Below are positions 35,013 to 44,213 of a stretch of 64,000 nucleotides of DNA, in pieces. Under the pieces are notes generated by a model. It was not told where the DNA came from. It made no database searches and worked only from the letters and a program-made list of their open reading frames with translations. The stretch is taken from positions 206,384 through 270,383 of IMG/VR virus record IMGVR_UViG_3300020165_000007, one strand, 5' to 3'. Position 1 is the stretch's first letter. Each line of letters starts with the position of its first letter. A program made the translations under genes and the position numbers.

Positions 35013-37013
35013 TTATTGTGACTTATAATTGTGTGAGAATAATTTTTTCATTCTGTCAACATTCTCATTAATTTTTAATTTATTTTTATCTTCTTTTTTA
35101 GATTCAGGTAACGTAATACCTGCCATCTTACTATTATGTCTTTTTTTACCTGGGTAATCAGTTATAGGTTGGGTTGCCTTATTATAAGCCATATTTTTAA
35201 GTTGAGCTAAGACATTCTTTTCCATTCTTTGTTTAACTTCGTCTCCGACATCAGTAGCCACAGCATTTCCCCACTCAGGATTATTACCTGTATCAGATGA
35301 ACCCATAATGTTTTTATCTAACCATTCCTCATCTGGCTTAATTTGGTCGTATTCTAAGTTTTCTTGTCCTCCTGAACGTGCAATTTGTTCTATATACTCC
35401 TCAACACCATCCGAAGCCGTATACATCATCTTATCATCTTTTATGTCTCCATTACCTGATGGAAATTTTTTGGGGTTAGTTTCATACTTCGCGTTGGAAC
35501 CTTTTAAAAAGTTTGATAGTTTGGACGCTAAATCTTTCATATAACTTTCGGTGTCTTTTTTGCTCTGTTTAAGAGCTTTGTTTTGAGAAGTTATTCCCTC
35601 TATCTTTTGTTCTTCAATTATTTTTTCAATCAAGTCTATCATATCCTCCTCACTTAACTGTAAACTCTTTTTACCTTCATGAAAATCTAAAGGTGCATTA
35701 AAAGAACCTGAAGATGACGCACCAGTGGCTTCTTTAGTCTCTTTCTTTTTCTTTTTCTTATCTTTAGCAGCTTTTTTCATAGATTCTTTTTTGTTTCCAT
35801 CACCATCTAAATCTAAAAAGTCAGGTTTTTCATCTTCCTTCATTTCATCTTGTTTTTTAATGTTAGAATCAACACCAATAACTTCTCCTGGTCTACCATC
35901 AAATTCATCTCTGTCTTCAGGAGCCTTACCCATATCTTCTTTGGTGACCATTCTTTCCTGTTTTCTCTGTTTAGCAATCTCATAGAATTCAGTCATATCA
36001 TCAATTTCTTCTGAGACAGACTCTGTTATATGTTTGGCTTTTTTATTAATCTCTTCAGACAGTACTTTGTCTACTATCCCATCAATCATATTTTCAATTT
36101 CTTTATTCATTTCGGTACTTTTATAATAAATATTAGTGTTTTCTAAAATAACACCTTTTATGTAATCTTGATTTAATTTATATCTTGTTGATATGTTTTT
36201 TATTGCTTCGTTTACTAAATTATTTTCAAAAAACTCTAAAGCTTTTATATCTCCCTGATTACAATATGGGAAAGTTTTACATTTATTTTTTATCTTAACG
36301 AACTTACCTCCCGGTCCTCCATACTTTGGGAAGTTCTTGTCTTTCACAGACCTTAAATCTTTATAAACAGTATCAGGGTTGGAAAGTTTCAGTGGGTCTT
36401 TCTTTGGTCCCCCAAATGGTGCGTCATAAGGTCCTGATGATGATGCTGTTGTCGCTTCTTTGGCTTCTTCCTTATGTGATTTAGATTCCATATCTTCTAA
36501 TTTATCGTAATAATATAAATCTTCATATATATGGTCCATAGCAATTTCAATAGCTATGGATTTATCATTAGTGTGTTCCATTTCAACATTAACACCCTTT
36601 TCCATTTTATCTAAAAGTTGTGTAATATCGACCTCATGTTTATTAGCTAAATCACTAACAGTCATTCCGTCAGCTAATCCTCCAGGTATTTCATCTTCAT
36701 TCACAGATTTAGATAGTTTTGTTTCAGTGTCAGGTTGAAATAATGTATTTTTAACGGGTTCGGTAAACATCGGCTTTTCGAAAGACCCTGATGAAGATGA
36801 GCCAGTCGCTTCTTTAGCCTCAACTTTAGTAATCTCCTCGAAAAACTCATCATAATCCTCTTCCTTTATCTCTTTTTCCGCTTTACTCAAACTAGTCATC
36901 ATTTTTCCATAATTTTTTATCGGTATTGGGTTTTTGCCTGTGGTAATCTGTGTAGCGGCGTCTCTAAACTCACCGCTTAAGGCTTTTTTAAATTGTTGGT
37001 TAACTGAACTCAT
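35013..37013 (-). CDS. Putative processed head/internal protein with DUF5661-like domain and three KEAT..SSSG repeats
   Basis: GVNVEMEHT..IAIEIAMDHIYED..YYDKL; repeats KEATGSSSSGSF, KEATTASSSGPY, KEATGASSSGSF; many xxE motifs. Confidence 0.65.
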   Translation of the reverse strand: MSSVNQQFKKALSGEFRDAATQITTGKNPIPIKNYGKMMTSLSKAEKEIKEEDYDEFFEEITKVEAKEATGSSSSGSFEKPMFTEPVKNTLFQPDTETKLSKSVNEDEIPGGLADGMTVSDLANKHEVDITQLLDKMEKGVNVEMEHTNDKSIAIEIAMDHIYEDLYYYDKLEDMESKSHKEEAKEATTASSSGPYDAPFGGPKKDPLKLSNPDTVYKDLRSVKDKNFPKYGGPGGKFVKIKNKCKTFPYCNQGDIKALEFFENNLVNEAIKNISTRYKLNQDYIKGVILENTNIYYKSTEMNKEIENMIDGIVDKVLSEEINKKAKHITESVSEEIDDMTEFYEIAKQRKQERMVTKEDMGKAPEDRDEFDGRPGEVIGVDSNIKKQDEMKEDEKPDFLDLDGDGNKKESMKKAAKDKKKKKKETKEATGASSSGSFNAPLDFHEGKKSLQLSEEDMIDLIEKIIEEQKIEGITSQNKALKQSKKDTESYMKDLASKLSNFLKGSNAKYETNPKKFPSGNGDIKDDKMMYTASDGVEEYIEQIARSGGQENLEYDQIKPDEEWLDKNIMGSSDTGNNPEWGNAVATDVGDEVKQRMEKNVLAQLKNMAYNKATQPITDYPGKKRHNSKMAGITLPESKKEDKNKLKINENVDRMKKLFSHNYKSQ

Positions 37014-37264
37014 TACTTAACATTTTTTAAAGATGGTTCCCAAAAACTTCTTCTAGTCCACATAATCTTATAGAACTCTTTCATGATTTTAGTCACTATT
37101 TCGTTTATATCACCACGTATCTTTCCGTTATTAATTTCTTTTTGAATATTATCTACAATTTTTTTTTCGAATTGTTGAATCGTATTAGAGTTAAGAAAGT
37201 CTTTAATCTCTTTCCTAACTATCACTTCAATATCCTTTTTATCTGTATTACTTAGTGCCATCAC
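37013..37264 (-). CDS. Hypothetical protein
   Basis: 83-aa ORF; TATTTAT at 37267-37273. Confidence 0.75.
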   Translation of the reverse strand: MMALSNTDKKDIEVIVRKEIKDFLNSNTIQQFEKKIVDNIQKEINNGKIRGDINEIVTKIMKEFYKIMWTRRSFWEPSLKNVK

Positions 37265-37273
37265 ATATAAATA

Positions 37274-37900
37274 TCACTCATTCTTTAATTTCCAATGAAT
37301 ACCTCCTCCAATTGATAAATTATTTTCTATATCTGTTCCTAAACCTAAAATAAATAGATTTCCTTTTCTACTCTTTACCGCACCTTCTAAACCCATCCAA
37401 TTAATTTTTTTCATATTATATCTTGTCCCAAAACCCACGTATAATTCTAACTTATTAATATCTTCTATTCTGTTAATAGTTTTTATTGGTATTTCTATAT
37501 CTTGAATATAACTTCTTGATAAGATATTATTATTATATATGGTGTCAATCACCTCTACATAACCTATACTATCAATCTGTAATGTATCAATATATACGTT
37601 TCTTTGGTGGTATCTTTGAATAATATTTAATGTATCTACTTCTATAGGTACATTAACAATTACAGTATCATATATAAACTTTGTATTTGTTTTCCATAGT
37701 GTCTTAATCTTAACAGTCTCTATGGTGTCGATTAGAGTTTCAGTCTCAATAATAGTTATAGGCTCAGATATTGTAAGTTTATTATCCTCTTCACACTTAA
37801 TTAAAAAAAGAATTACAACAATTAAAGTAAAAATTGTTATGTTTTTTACTCTTCCCCTGCGGGCATAGTTTTCTTTCTTTGTGCTAACGTTTTGGCCCAT
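37274..37900 (-). CDS. Membrane-anchored protein next to the amidase (possible lysis accessory)
   Basis: N-terminal TM ending in LIKC; beta-strand-like C-terminus; start uncertain. Confidence 0.55.
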   Translation of the reverse strand: MGQNVSTKKENYARRGRVKNITIFTLIVVILFLIKCEEDNKLTISEPITIIETETLIDTIETVKIKTLWKTNTKFIYDTVIVNVPIEVDTLNIIQRYHQRNVYIDTLQIDSIGYVEVIDTIYNNNILSRSYIQDIEIPIKTINRIEDINKLELYVGFGTRYNMKKINWMGLEGAVKSRKGNLFILGLGTDIENNLSIGGGIHWKLKNE

Positions 37901-38427
37901 TTTGATTTAAATTTTTCATAAAAAGATGTTAATTTATTTATTAACTCAACTAACTCTGTATCTAATTTAATCATATCTCCATTAATATATACGCCGTTAT
38001 TTTCTCCTATAGTAAAATAAAATTCTAAATCAAAGTCAATTACTTTACCTGACCAATCAACATTATTAGGGTAAATATTTAACGTACCAAAGTCAGATAG
38101 GTCAGAGACTTCATTAACAAAATCATCCATAGTCTCTTGGTAGGATAGCTTCTCATCTGTAGATAGTTCTAAGTCTTGCTTATTCTTTCCATGAAGTGTT
38201 ATTAAACCTCCAGATACCCTATATGTCTTTTGCTTATCTTCTTTAGGTCTTGTATCTAATTCAATCTCCTCCTCACTATCAGCGGCTAAATTATCTGGTT
38301 TAATGTCCATTTCTTTTAAGAGTCCACTTTTAATTAAAGTTTTTTTAGACTCCTCTAATCCACTAACACCCATTAAGTTTCTACTACTTTTTAGTAGATT
38401 TTTGATTTCGTCGTATTGGTTACTCAT
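37846..38427 (-). CDS. Hypothetical protein with LKE-type leader
   Basis: 193-aa ORF; TATTTAT at 38442-38448. Confidence 0.75.
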   Translation of the reverse strand: MSNQYDEIKNLLKSSRNLMGVSGLEESKKTLIKSGLLKEMDIKPDNLAADSEEEIELDTRPKEDKQKTYRVSGGLITLHGKNKQDLELSTDEKLSYQETMDDFVNEVSDLSDFGTLNIYPNNVDWSGKVIDFDLEFYFTIGENNGVYINGDMIKLDTELVELINKLTSFYEKFKSKWAKTLAQRKKTMPAGEE

Positions 38428-39016
38428 CTTTTATTTTATTTATAAATATATCGAAATCAAAAGCAGGATTCAAATCAGTATTAATTATATCATAATTACT
38501 ATTACTAGATATACCTTTAAATCTTTCTATTTTGTCTACCTTAACATTATGTCCTACACTCATTTTAGGTATTTCGTAATCCTCACATAGTTTATTCACT
38601 ACATTAATCAGTGATTCCATTTGGTTATCTGTGTATGGTTGCCAAAAGTGATGACCTCTCCATTTTCTACTATATATTTCATCTTCATGTATATCACCTA
38701 TCCAATTAATAAAATTATGAGTTAAAGGGTTTTTTCTCAACCACCCTAAATTTTCCAAACAAACGATTATAGACTGTTTGTTACTCTTGTTAGTTTCCAT
38801 ATAATAACTGTACGTGTCCGTTGGTATTATACTATATATGTCCCCTTCTCTTCCGATAATAAAATGTGGTAATTTTTTATTATCTCCATTATACCTGTAC
38901 TTTAATGAGGAAATATAATCTTTTAGATTTCTAGAAGTATGAGTGAGAATTATTTGTTTTTTTTTCTTATATCTTCCTACAGGTTTAAAACCATCAATAA
39001 TATTAACTTTTATCAT
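38420..39016 (-). CDS. N-acetylmuramoyl-L-alanine amidase (Amidase_2-like)
   Basis: IILTHT, PHFIIGREGDI, SIIVCLEN, YTDNQMESL, VGHN. Confidence 0.8.
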   Translation of the reverse strand: MIKVNIIDGFKPVGRYKKKKQIILTHTSRNLKDYISSLKYRYNGDNKKLPHFIIGREGDIYSIIPTDTYSYYMETNKSNKQSIIVCLENLGWLRKNPLTHNFINWIGDIHEDEIYSRKWRGHHFWQPYTDNQMESLINVVNKLCEDYEIPKMSVGHNVKVDKIERFKGISSNSNYDIINTDLNPAFDFDIFINKIKDE

Positions 39017-40037
39017 TACGTTTTTTATAAACTAACCTTTTATTGTTTTGAACTTTTTCCATTGTAATCGGTTCTTCTATAATCTCTTCTTTAGGTTCTT
39101 CTATAATCTCTTCTTTAGGTTCTTCTATAATCTCTTCTTTAGGTTCTTCTTTAGGTTCTTCTATAATCTCTTCTATAATAATAGTATTATTTTTTTGTGA
39201 TAAGTCATTATTATTTTCTTTTTTTCTTATAGTTTTAAATAAGAAGTTAGCCGCAATTACAAGTGCAATAGCGAGTGGGTCAAATACAAAAATTATAACT
39301 AAGAGTAAGTAATTAATAATTTTATTCATCGGTAGCCCTGTTAATTCACTTAAGTATTTTAACGGTCCTAATTCAGCTGCTACATCAGAATTAGATTCTA
39401 TATTTAATATTTTAATATCTAAAGATGTTATAGAATCTGTAACTGATTCTAGTTTTACTGATAAATTATTTTTATTATCTATTGCCTCGTCTAACTGTGA
39501 TTGTAAAGCTCGTCTATTAGAAGATGAAGTTGTTGTGATTATTTGACCTGTCTCTTGGTCTTTATATTGAATTACATTGTTGGAGATACCGTCCCTAAGT
39601 GATGATATACTTTCTTCAACAATTTTCTTTTCTTCTATAATATATTCTCGATTTTCAATGAAACGACTACGTTTAACATCTAATAAATTAATTTCTTTAT
39701 CAATTATTCCTGATTTTGAGGCGGTTTCTTGATATGCCGCAGATAAAAATCCATATATACCCATAGAGGTAATAATAACTAATGTAGTTGCCGCTACGGT
39801 TAAATAGAATCGTAACACTTTATTTAATTCATCCCAATATTGATACAGTAATGAGGCGATAATAAGTTTAGAAACTTCTAATGAAGAAGCCATAATTATT
39901 ACTTCAAAACTTGCACCGGCAAACAATTTACTTAATCCAGTTATTGAATAAAATGCCGCGGAAGCACTAACTGACAACGCAGATAGTGCAACCATGGTTG
40001 GGAATAATATTTCTTTTAATCTTTGTATAAATCTCAT
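39003..40037 (-). CDS. Multi-TM coiled-coil membrane protein
   Basis: Four N-terminal TMs, coiled coil, AELGPLKYL..IFVFDPLA, EEPK repeats; TATTTAT at 40059-40065. Confidence 0.8.
   Translation of the reverse strand: MRFIQRLKEILFPTMVALSALSVSASAAFYSITGLSKLFAGASFEVIIMASSLEVSKLIIASLLYQYWDELNKVLRFYLTVAATTLVIITSMGIYGFLSAAYQETASKSGIIDKEINLLDVKRSRFIENREYIIEEKKIVEESISSLRDGISNNVIQYKDQETGQIITTTSSSNRRALQSQLDEAIDNKNNLSVKLESVTDSITSLDIKILNIESNSDVAAELGPLKYLSELTGLPMNKIINYLLLVIIFVFDPLAIALVIAANFLFKTIRKKENNNDLSQKNNTIIIEEIIEEPKEEPKEEIIEEPKEEIIEEPKEEIIEEPITMEKVQNNKRLVYKKRNDKS
39070..39179. repeat. 24-nt coding tandem repeat (EEIIEEPK)
   Basis: GGTTCTTCTATAATCTCTTCTTTA x3 plus partial copies. Confidence 0.9.
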
Positions 40038-40075
40038 TTGATTATTTTTAGTCTACCTATAAATAGACTAAGTTA

Positions 40076-40891
40076 TTACAAATAATCAAAAAGTATACTA
40101 CTCTCGTTTCTTAGTTTTCTTAAAGCCTTTTCTTTAATTTGTCTAACTCTTTCCTTTGTTAGGTTAAAATCTTTACCTATTTCTTCTAAAGTTTTAGGTG
40201 TTCCGCTTATTCCGTAATAATCTTTAACTATTACTTGCTCTCTTTTATCTAAAGTTTTCATAATCGCAAATAATTTACCTTTTAAAGCCTTATCATCATT
40301 AAAAGTTGCGTCAGGACTGCTAGAGTTTTCATTCTCAATTAAATCAAGTAACGTATCACCTTCCTCATTGATGTGATTATCTAAACCTGTAACTTTCGGT
40401 AAAGAAGTGAATTTTGCATCCATCTCTTTATTTGTCTTTTGACACTCTTTTTTAGCCTTATAAAGGTCTTGGACTACATTTACCGGTAGACGGATTGTAC
40501 GAGAGTTCTCATTTAATGATTGCAAAATTGATTGCTTAATCCACCAAACCGCGTAAGATATAAATCTTAGGTTCTTAGTCCAATCAAAGTTTTTTATCGC
40601 CTTCATGAGTCCGTAATTACCCTCAGCGATTAAATCACTTAAGTCTAACCCCTGATTTTGGTATTGTTTGGCCACTGTAATAACAAACCTTAGATTACCT
40701 TGTAAAAGTTCTTGGTGAATTTCTTCTTTTTGTTTTTCAGTACATTCGACTGAACATATGATTTTTGCCAATTCTTTTTCTCTTTCTGGCGTCATAACTT
40801 TAATCTTACGGATATCTTTAAGATACATTTGTATCTCATCTTGATTGATAGGATTGTGATTGTTCATTAAATTAAGTTTTTGAGTATTCAT
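40076..40891 (-). CDS. Sigma70-family RNA polymerase sigma factor (Bacteroidota primary-sigma-like, no region 1.1)
   Basis: NLRFVITVAKQYQNQGL, DLIAEGNYGL, FISYAVWWIKQSI, TLEEIG..LTKERVRQIKEKALRKL. Confidence 0.95.
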   Translation of the reverse strand: MNTQKLNLMNNHNPINQDEIQMYLKDIRKIKVMTPEREKELAKIICSVECTEKQKEEIHQELLQGNLRFVITVAKQYQNQGLDLSDLIAEGNYGLMKAIKNFDWTKNLRFISYAVWWIKQSILQSLNENSRTIRLPVNVVQDLYKAKKECQKTNKEMDAKFTSLPKVTGLDNHINEEGDTLLDLIENENSSSPDATFNDDKALKGKLFAIMKTLDKREQVIVKDYYGISGTPKTLEEIGKDFNLTKERVRQIKEKALRKLRNESSILFDYL

Positions 40892-41453
40892 CTAAAATTT
40901 GTTTTTCTATTTTGGTTAGTGAGGTCATACCTTCCTCTTTTATTTTTTCAAGGATGTCGTCCATACTTGGTTTTTCTTCATTTACTTTAGCCATAATATT
41001 CTCAAACATCTCATTCATTTTTTCCTCTGGTAAAACGTTTTCAGGTAATATAGTAGATGCCGCATTTAATAAAAAGTTGTCTATAATATCTGTCATATCT
41101 TTAAAATTAAAATCTTTTTGTTCAACATTATCATTCTCTTCATTTAAATCAAATAGATTTAACTTTAATTCAGGAGGCATAAAAGCATACATATGTTGTG
41201 GTCTCTCTATGAGAAAGTATTGTGGAGCCACCTTTTCTAAAACCAAATGAATATAATCCCTAATCTCATAAAAAGGTAGAAGACTTTCTAAATTCATTAC
41301 GATACCATAATCACCATAATTATATTTTAGATATGAGTCTTTATTAGTAAAAGGAGATATTTGAGTCGCTATTAATCTGACTAACTCGTCGTCGTTTTTG
41401 AAGTTTCCAAAAATGAATATCATGTATTGGAATTTCTCGGTTTTATTATCCAT
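40872..41453 (-). CDS. Hypothetical with DUF6576-like C-terminal helix pair
   Basis: MDDILEKIKEEGMTSLTKIEKQIL. Confidence 0.65.
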   Translation of the reverse strand: MDNKTEKFQYMIFIFGNFKNDDELVRLIATQISPFTNKDSYLKYNYGDYGIVMNLESLLPFYEIRDYIHLVLEKVAPQYFLIERPQHMYAFMPPELKLNLFDLNEENDNVEQKDFNFKDMTDIIDNFLLNAASTILPENVLPEEKMNEMFENIMAKVNEEKPSMDDILEKIKEEGMTSLTKIEKQILDEYSKT

Positions 41454-41506
41454 ATGTTGTGTTTTATATTTATATATACTTATCTTAATATGTAAAAATT
41501 TACGTA

Positions 41507-41896
41507 TTAAAGTTGTATTTCAAATCTGTTCTTCATTCTCTCAATAGATTCTGAAGGAACTCCATGAATATTATCACCACTATGACGATTTTCCACAATC
41601 AAAGAGAATACCAAATAACCTTTTTCTTCAGACATATCTATATATGGTTTCATCTCCCACTCTTGTGTTGAAGTGTTAGATACTACGATTCTCTCAACCT
41701 CTTCGTCCATCCATTCATTAACCATATTCTGACACCACTTGTGTGCGATAGGTAGACTCGTAGGGTCAAAGTTATATTCTCCATCATCATTAGTAAAATA
41801 CATGTCGGCTTCGATGTGATATCCACCAAGAGATTCTGCAAGAGTGGACTTACCACTACCGGGAAGTCCTCGAAGGATATAAAGTTCTTTTTTCAT
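41507..41896 (-). CDS. AAA_33 P-loop kinase (polynucleotide kinase-like)
   Basis: LRGLPGSGKST, VSNT, HGVP. Confidence 0.85.
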   Translation of the reverse strand: MKKELYILRGLPGSGKSTLAESLGGYHIEADMYFTNDDGEYNFDPTSLPIAHKWCQNMVNEWMDEEVERIVVSNTSTQEWEMKPYIDMSEEKGYLVFSLIVENRHSGDNIHGVPSESIERMKNRFEIQL

Positions 41897-42195
41897 TATG
41901 CAAATTTTACTTCAGTATTAACAACTTTAACCACATTCACAACACTATCGTTATTAATCATCTCAATAACACGGTAAGTGAACCCTTCTTTGGTTTCACC
42001 CGGTAGATTCTCTACCGGAAGTTTGTTACCTTTACGGTATCCAACCTGCATGTTACTCAACGCAAATGCAGTACCACTACTACTATGACCTCCATAAAAG
42101 CTATACTTAAGGCTACCATCGACCAAGTTACACACAAGTGTTTTCTTGTTCTTCATACCATCTTCAAGATGGAAATGGAATATTTTTTCTGACAT
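41896..42195 (-). CDS. Hypothetical protein
   Basis: 99-aa ORF; TATATTTG at 42215-42222. Confidence 0.75.
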   Translation of the reverse strand: MSEKIFHFHLEDGMKNKKTLVCNLVDGSLKYSFYGGHSSSGTAFALSNMQVGYRKGNKLPVENLPGETKEGFTYRVIEMINNDSVVNVVKVVNTEVKFA

Positions 42196-42233
42196 GTTTA
42201 TTTTGTTTGTGGTACAAATATAGGTATAAAGTT

Positions 42234-43166
42234 TTAACTGACCAAAAAAGTATCACTAATTGAACGATTTTCTACTAAACAATGTAATGTGGTTGCAAAA
42301 AGTTCGTTAGTTGGGATTACTTTTATCTTACCGTTAGTCTTGGTTTTGTCAATAGGTATTGTGTCTGTGACAATAAGTTCTGTTAGAACACTTTCTTCAA
42401 TTCTCTGATATGCGGGTCCACTAAGAACTGCATGTGTACATAGAGCTCTAACGGATTTTGCTCCGTTATCCATCATTAGTGATGCGGCCTTAGTTAAAGT
42501 ACCCGCAGTGTCACATATATCGTCAACCAACACCACATCCTTACCACTAACGTCACCGATTACTGTCATACTGTCAACTTGATTAGCGACCTTACGTTGT
42601 TTGTAACAAATAGCCATATCAACACCCAAAAATTTTGAGTAAGAATTAGCTCTCTTAGTTCCGCCAGTGTCAGGGGTTGCAATACATAGGTTATTAATAT
42701 TCATTTTTTGAAGATGTGGTACAAATAGTGTATTAGCATATAGGTGGTCTACAGGTACTTCAAAAAACCCTTGTATTTGGTCTGCATGTAAGTCCATAGT
42801 CACTACTCTATCAACACCTGAAGCAGTTAAAAGGTTAGCCACAAGTTTTGCTCCGATGGGTACTCGTGGTTTATCTTTTCTATCTTGCCTTGCATATCCG
42901 AAATAGGGGATAACTGCGATGATTCTTTTCGCACTAGCTCTTTTCGCTGCGTCAACCAATAATAATAATTCCATAAGGTTATCAGTTGGTGGGAAGGTTG
43001 ATTGAATAATTGCCACCTCATCTCCTCTAATAGTTTCTTCAATACTAACTGAGAATTCACCATCACTAAACCGATGTGTCTTAACAGGAACCAATTTAGT
43101 TCCAAACGATTTTGCCACTTTTTGGGCATACTCTTTTGATGCCGAGCCAGCCATAATTTTTAACAT
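42234..43166 (-). CDS. prs: Ribose-phosphate pyrophosphokinase
   Basis: FSDGE, YFGYARQDRK, DLHADQIQGFF, PDTGG, VDDICDTAGTL. Confidence 0.96.
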   Translation of the reverse strand: MLKIMAGSASKEYAQKVAKSFGTKLVPVKTHRFSDGEFSVSIEETIRGDEVAIIQSTFPPTDNLMELLLLVDAAKRASAKRIIAVIPYFGYARQDRKDKPRVPIGAKLVANLLTASGVDRVVTMDLHADQIQGFFEVPVDHLYANTLFVPHLQKMNINNLCIATPDTGGTKRANSYSKFLGVDMAICYKQRKVANQVDSMTVIGDVSGKDVVLVDDICDTAGTLTKAASLMMDNGAKSVRALCTHAVLSGPAYQRIEESVLTELIVTDTIPIDKTKTNGKIKVIPTNELFATTLHCLVENRSISDTFLVS

Positions 43167-43168
43167 TT

Positions 43169-43714
43169 TTAAACTCTTTTTGAATATCCAACTACTTGAT
43201 AAAAATCCTTTTTTCCTTCTGTATACTCTTTAACAAGACCCAAAAGGTTTCTAAACATAAACGCCCCCTCTGTCTGTTTCTCACATTTAGTGAATAACTC
43301 AATAAATGTTGTGAGTGTACTTACAGTGTAATAACCACTTTTAGATAAACTACCGTATTTTTCTTGTAGTTGGTTATTAACGTATTGTAATTCGTAACCA
43401 TTTCTCTCATCGATACTATTGAATGGTTGTATGGTATCATACATACCAATCATATCATTAATGTAATTTTTTACAGTATCTTTTTGTGTTTCACATTTAA
43501 CCAATAGGTCCACAATCCAGTGAGTGTGGGAAGGCGTCCGAAGACGCCCTCCTTCCTCTTTATATTTGACGATGAAATCTAACTCAGGATTCCCGCCACG
43601 GAACCCCTGATAGATAGCAACGAGGGTTTTCTCATCTGTCTCGTAATATTTGAGTGGTGGGTAATAAACATCCTCACCTCTCTTCTTATATGTAAGTTCT
43701 TTAATAGTGTCCAT
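43169..43714 (-). CDS. Hypothetical protein (start corrected to MDTIKEL)
   Basis: ATG at 43714 overlaps the stop of the HAD gene. Confidence 0.75.
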   Translation of the reverse strand: MDTIKELTYKKRGEDVYYPPLKYYETDEKTLVAIYQGFRGGNPELDFIVKYKEEGGRLRTPSHTHWIVDLLVKCETQKDTVKNYINDMIGMYDTIQPFNSIDERNGYELQYVNNQLQEKYGSLSKSGYYTVSTLTTFIELFTKCEKQTEGAFMFRNLLGLVKEYTEGKKDFYQVVGYSKRV

Positions 43715-44175
43715 CAGAAGTCCCCATTTGCAACTTGAAAACACTGAAGTCCGTTATCCCTCCACATCTTTACCACCTTATCACGGTCATCAAATACACA
43801 AAGAATATCATTCTTCTTTTCACCAGGGAAAAGACTGTCCAACCAATGTTGTTTTAGTTCATCATCAGGCATGTACATCCAATCTTTACTGGTGGGTCGC
43901 ATCTTAATCACATCAAAGGGGACATCAAACTTCTTCAACCACCTCTTGGTTTCGTCTTTAGTTCCTTTGGAACGTCCAGAGAAGATAACGATACGGTTCT
44001 TTTGGCTCAACATCTGTGCCATTTGAATCACCACTTCGTTGGGTGTATCAAACCAAATGTTTTCAGGTGTGAAGAATGTATCCCAATCAATCTTACCATT
44101 CTCTTTGGTTGACATCTCACGACGCTTGGTGATGTCTGCCAACGTTCCGTCCAAATCAAAAATAACTGTTTTCAT
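43714..44175 (-). CDS. HAD phosphatase (PNKP 3'-phosphatase-like)
   Basis: FDLDGTLA, FSGR, MRP, VFDDR..VVKMWR; TATATTTG at 44180-44187. Confidence 0.88.
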   Translation of the reverse strand: MKTVIFDLDGTLADITKRREMSTKENGKIDWDTFFTPENIWFDTPNEVVIQMAQMLSQKNRIVIFSGRSKGTKDETKRWLKKFDVPFDVIKMRPTSKDWMYMPDDELKQHWLDSLFPGEKKNDILCVFDDRDKVVKMWRDNGLQCFQVANGDF

Positions 44176-44213
44176 AAGACAAATATAAGGAAAGTTTTTT
44201 ATTAATCAAAATA

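Noticed and set aside
42234-43166. NAD-reconstitution (NARP1 Adps) role for the prs gene
   Set aside because: It looks like a canonical PRPP synthetase, and no Namat/Nampt-like gene is present in the window.
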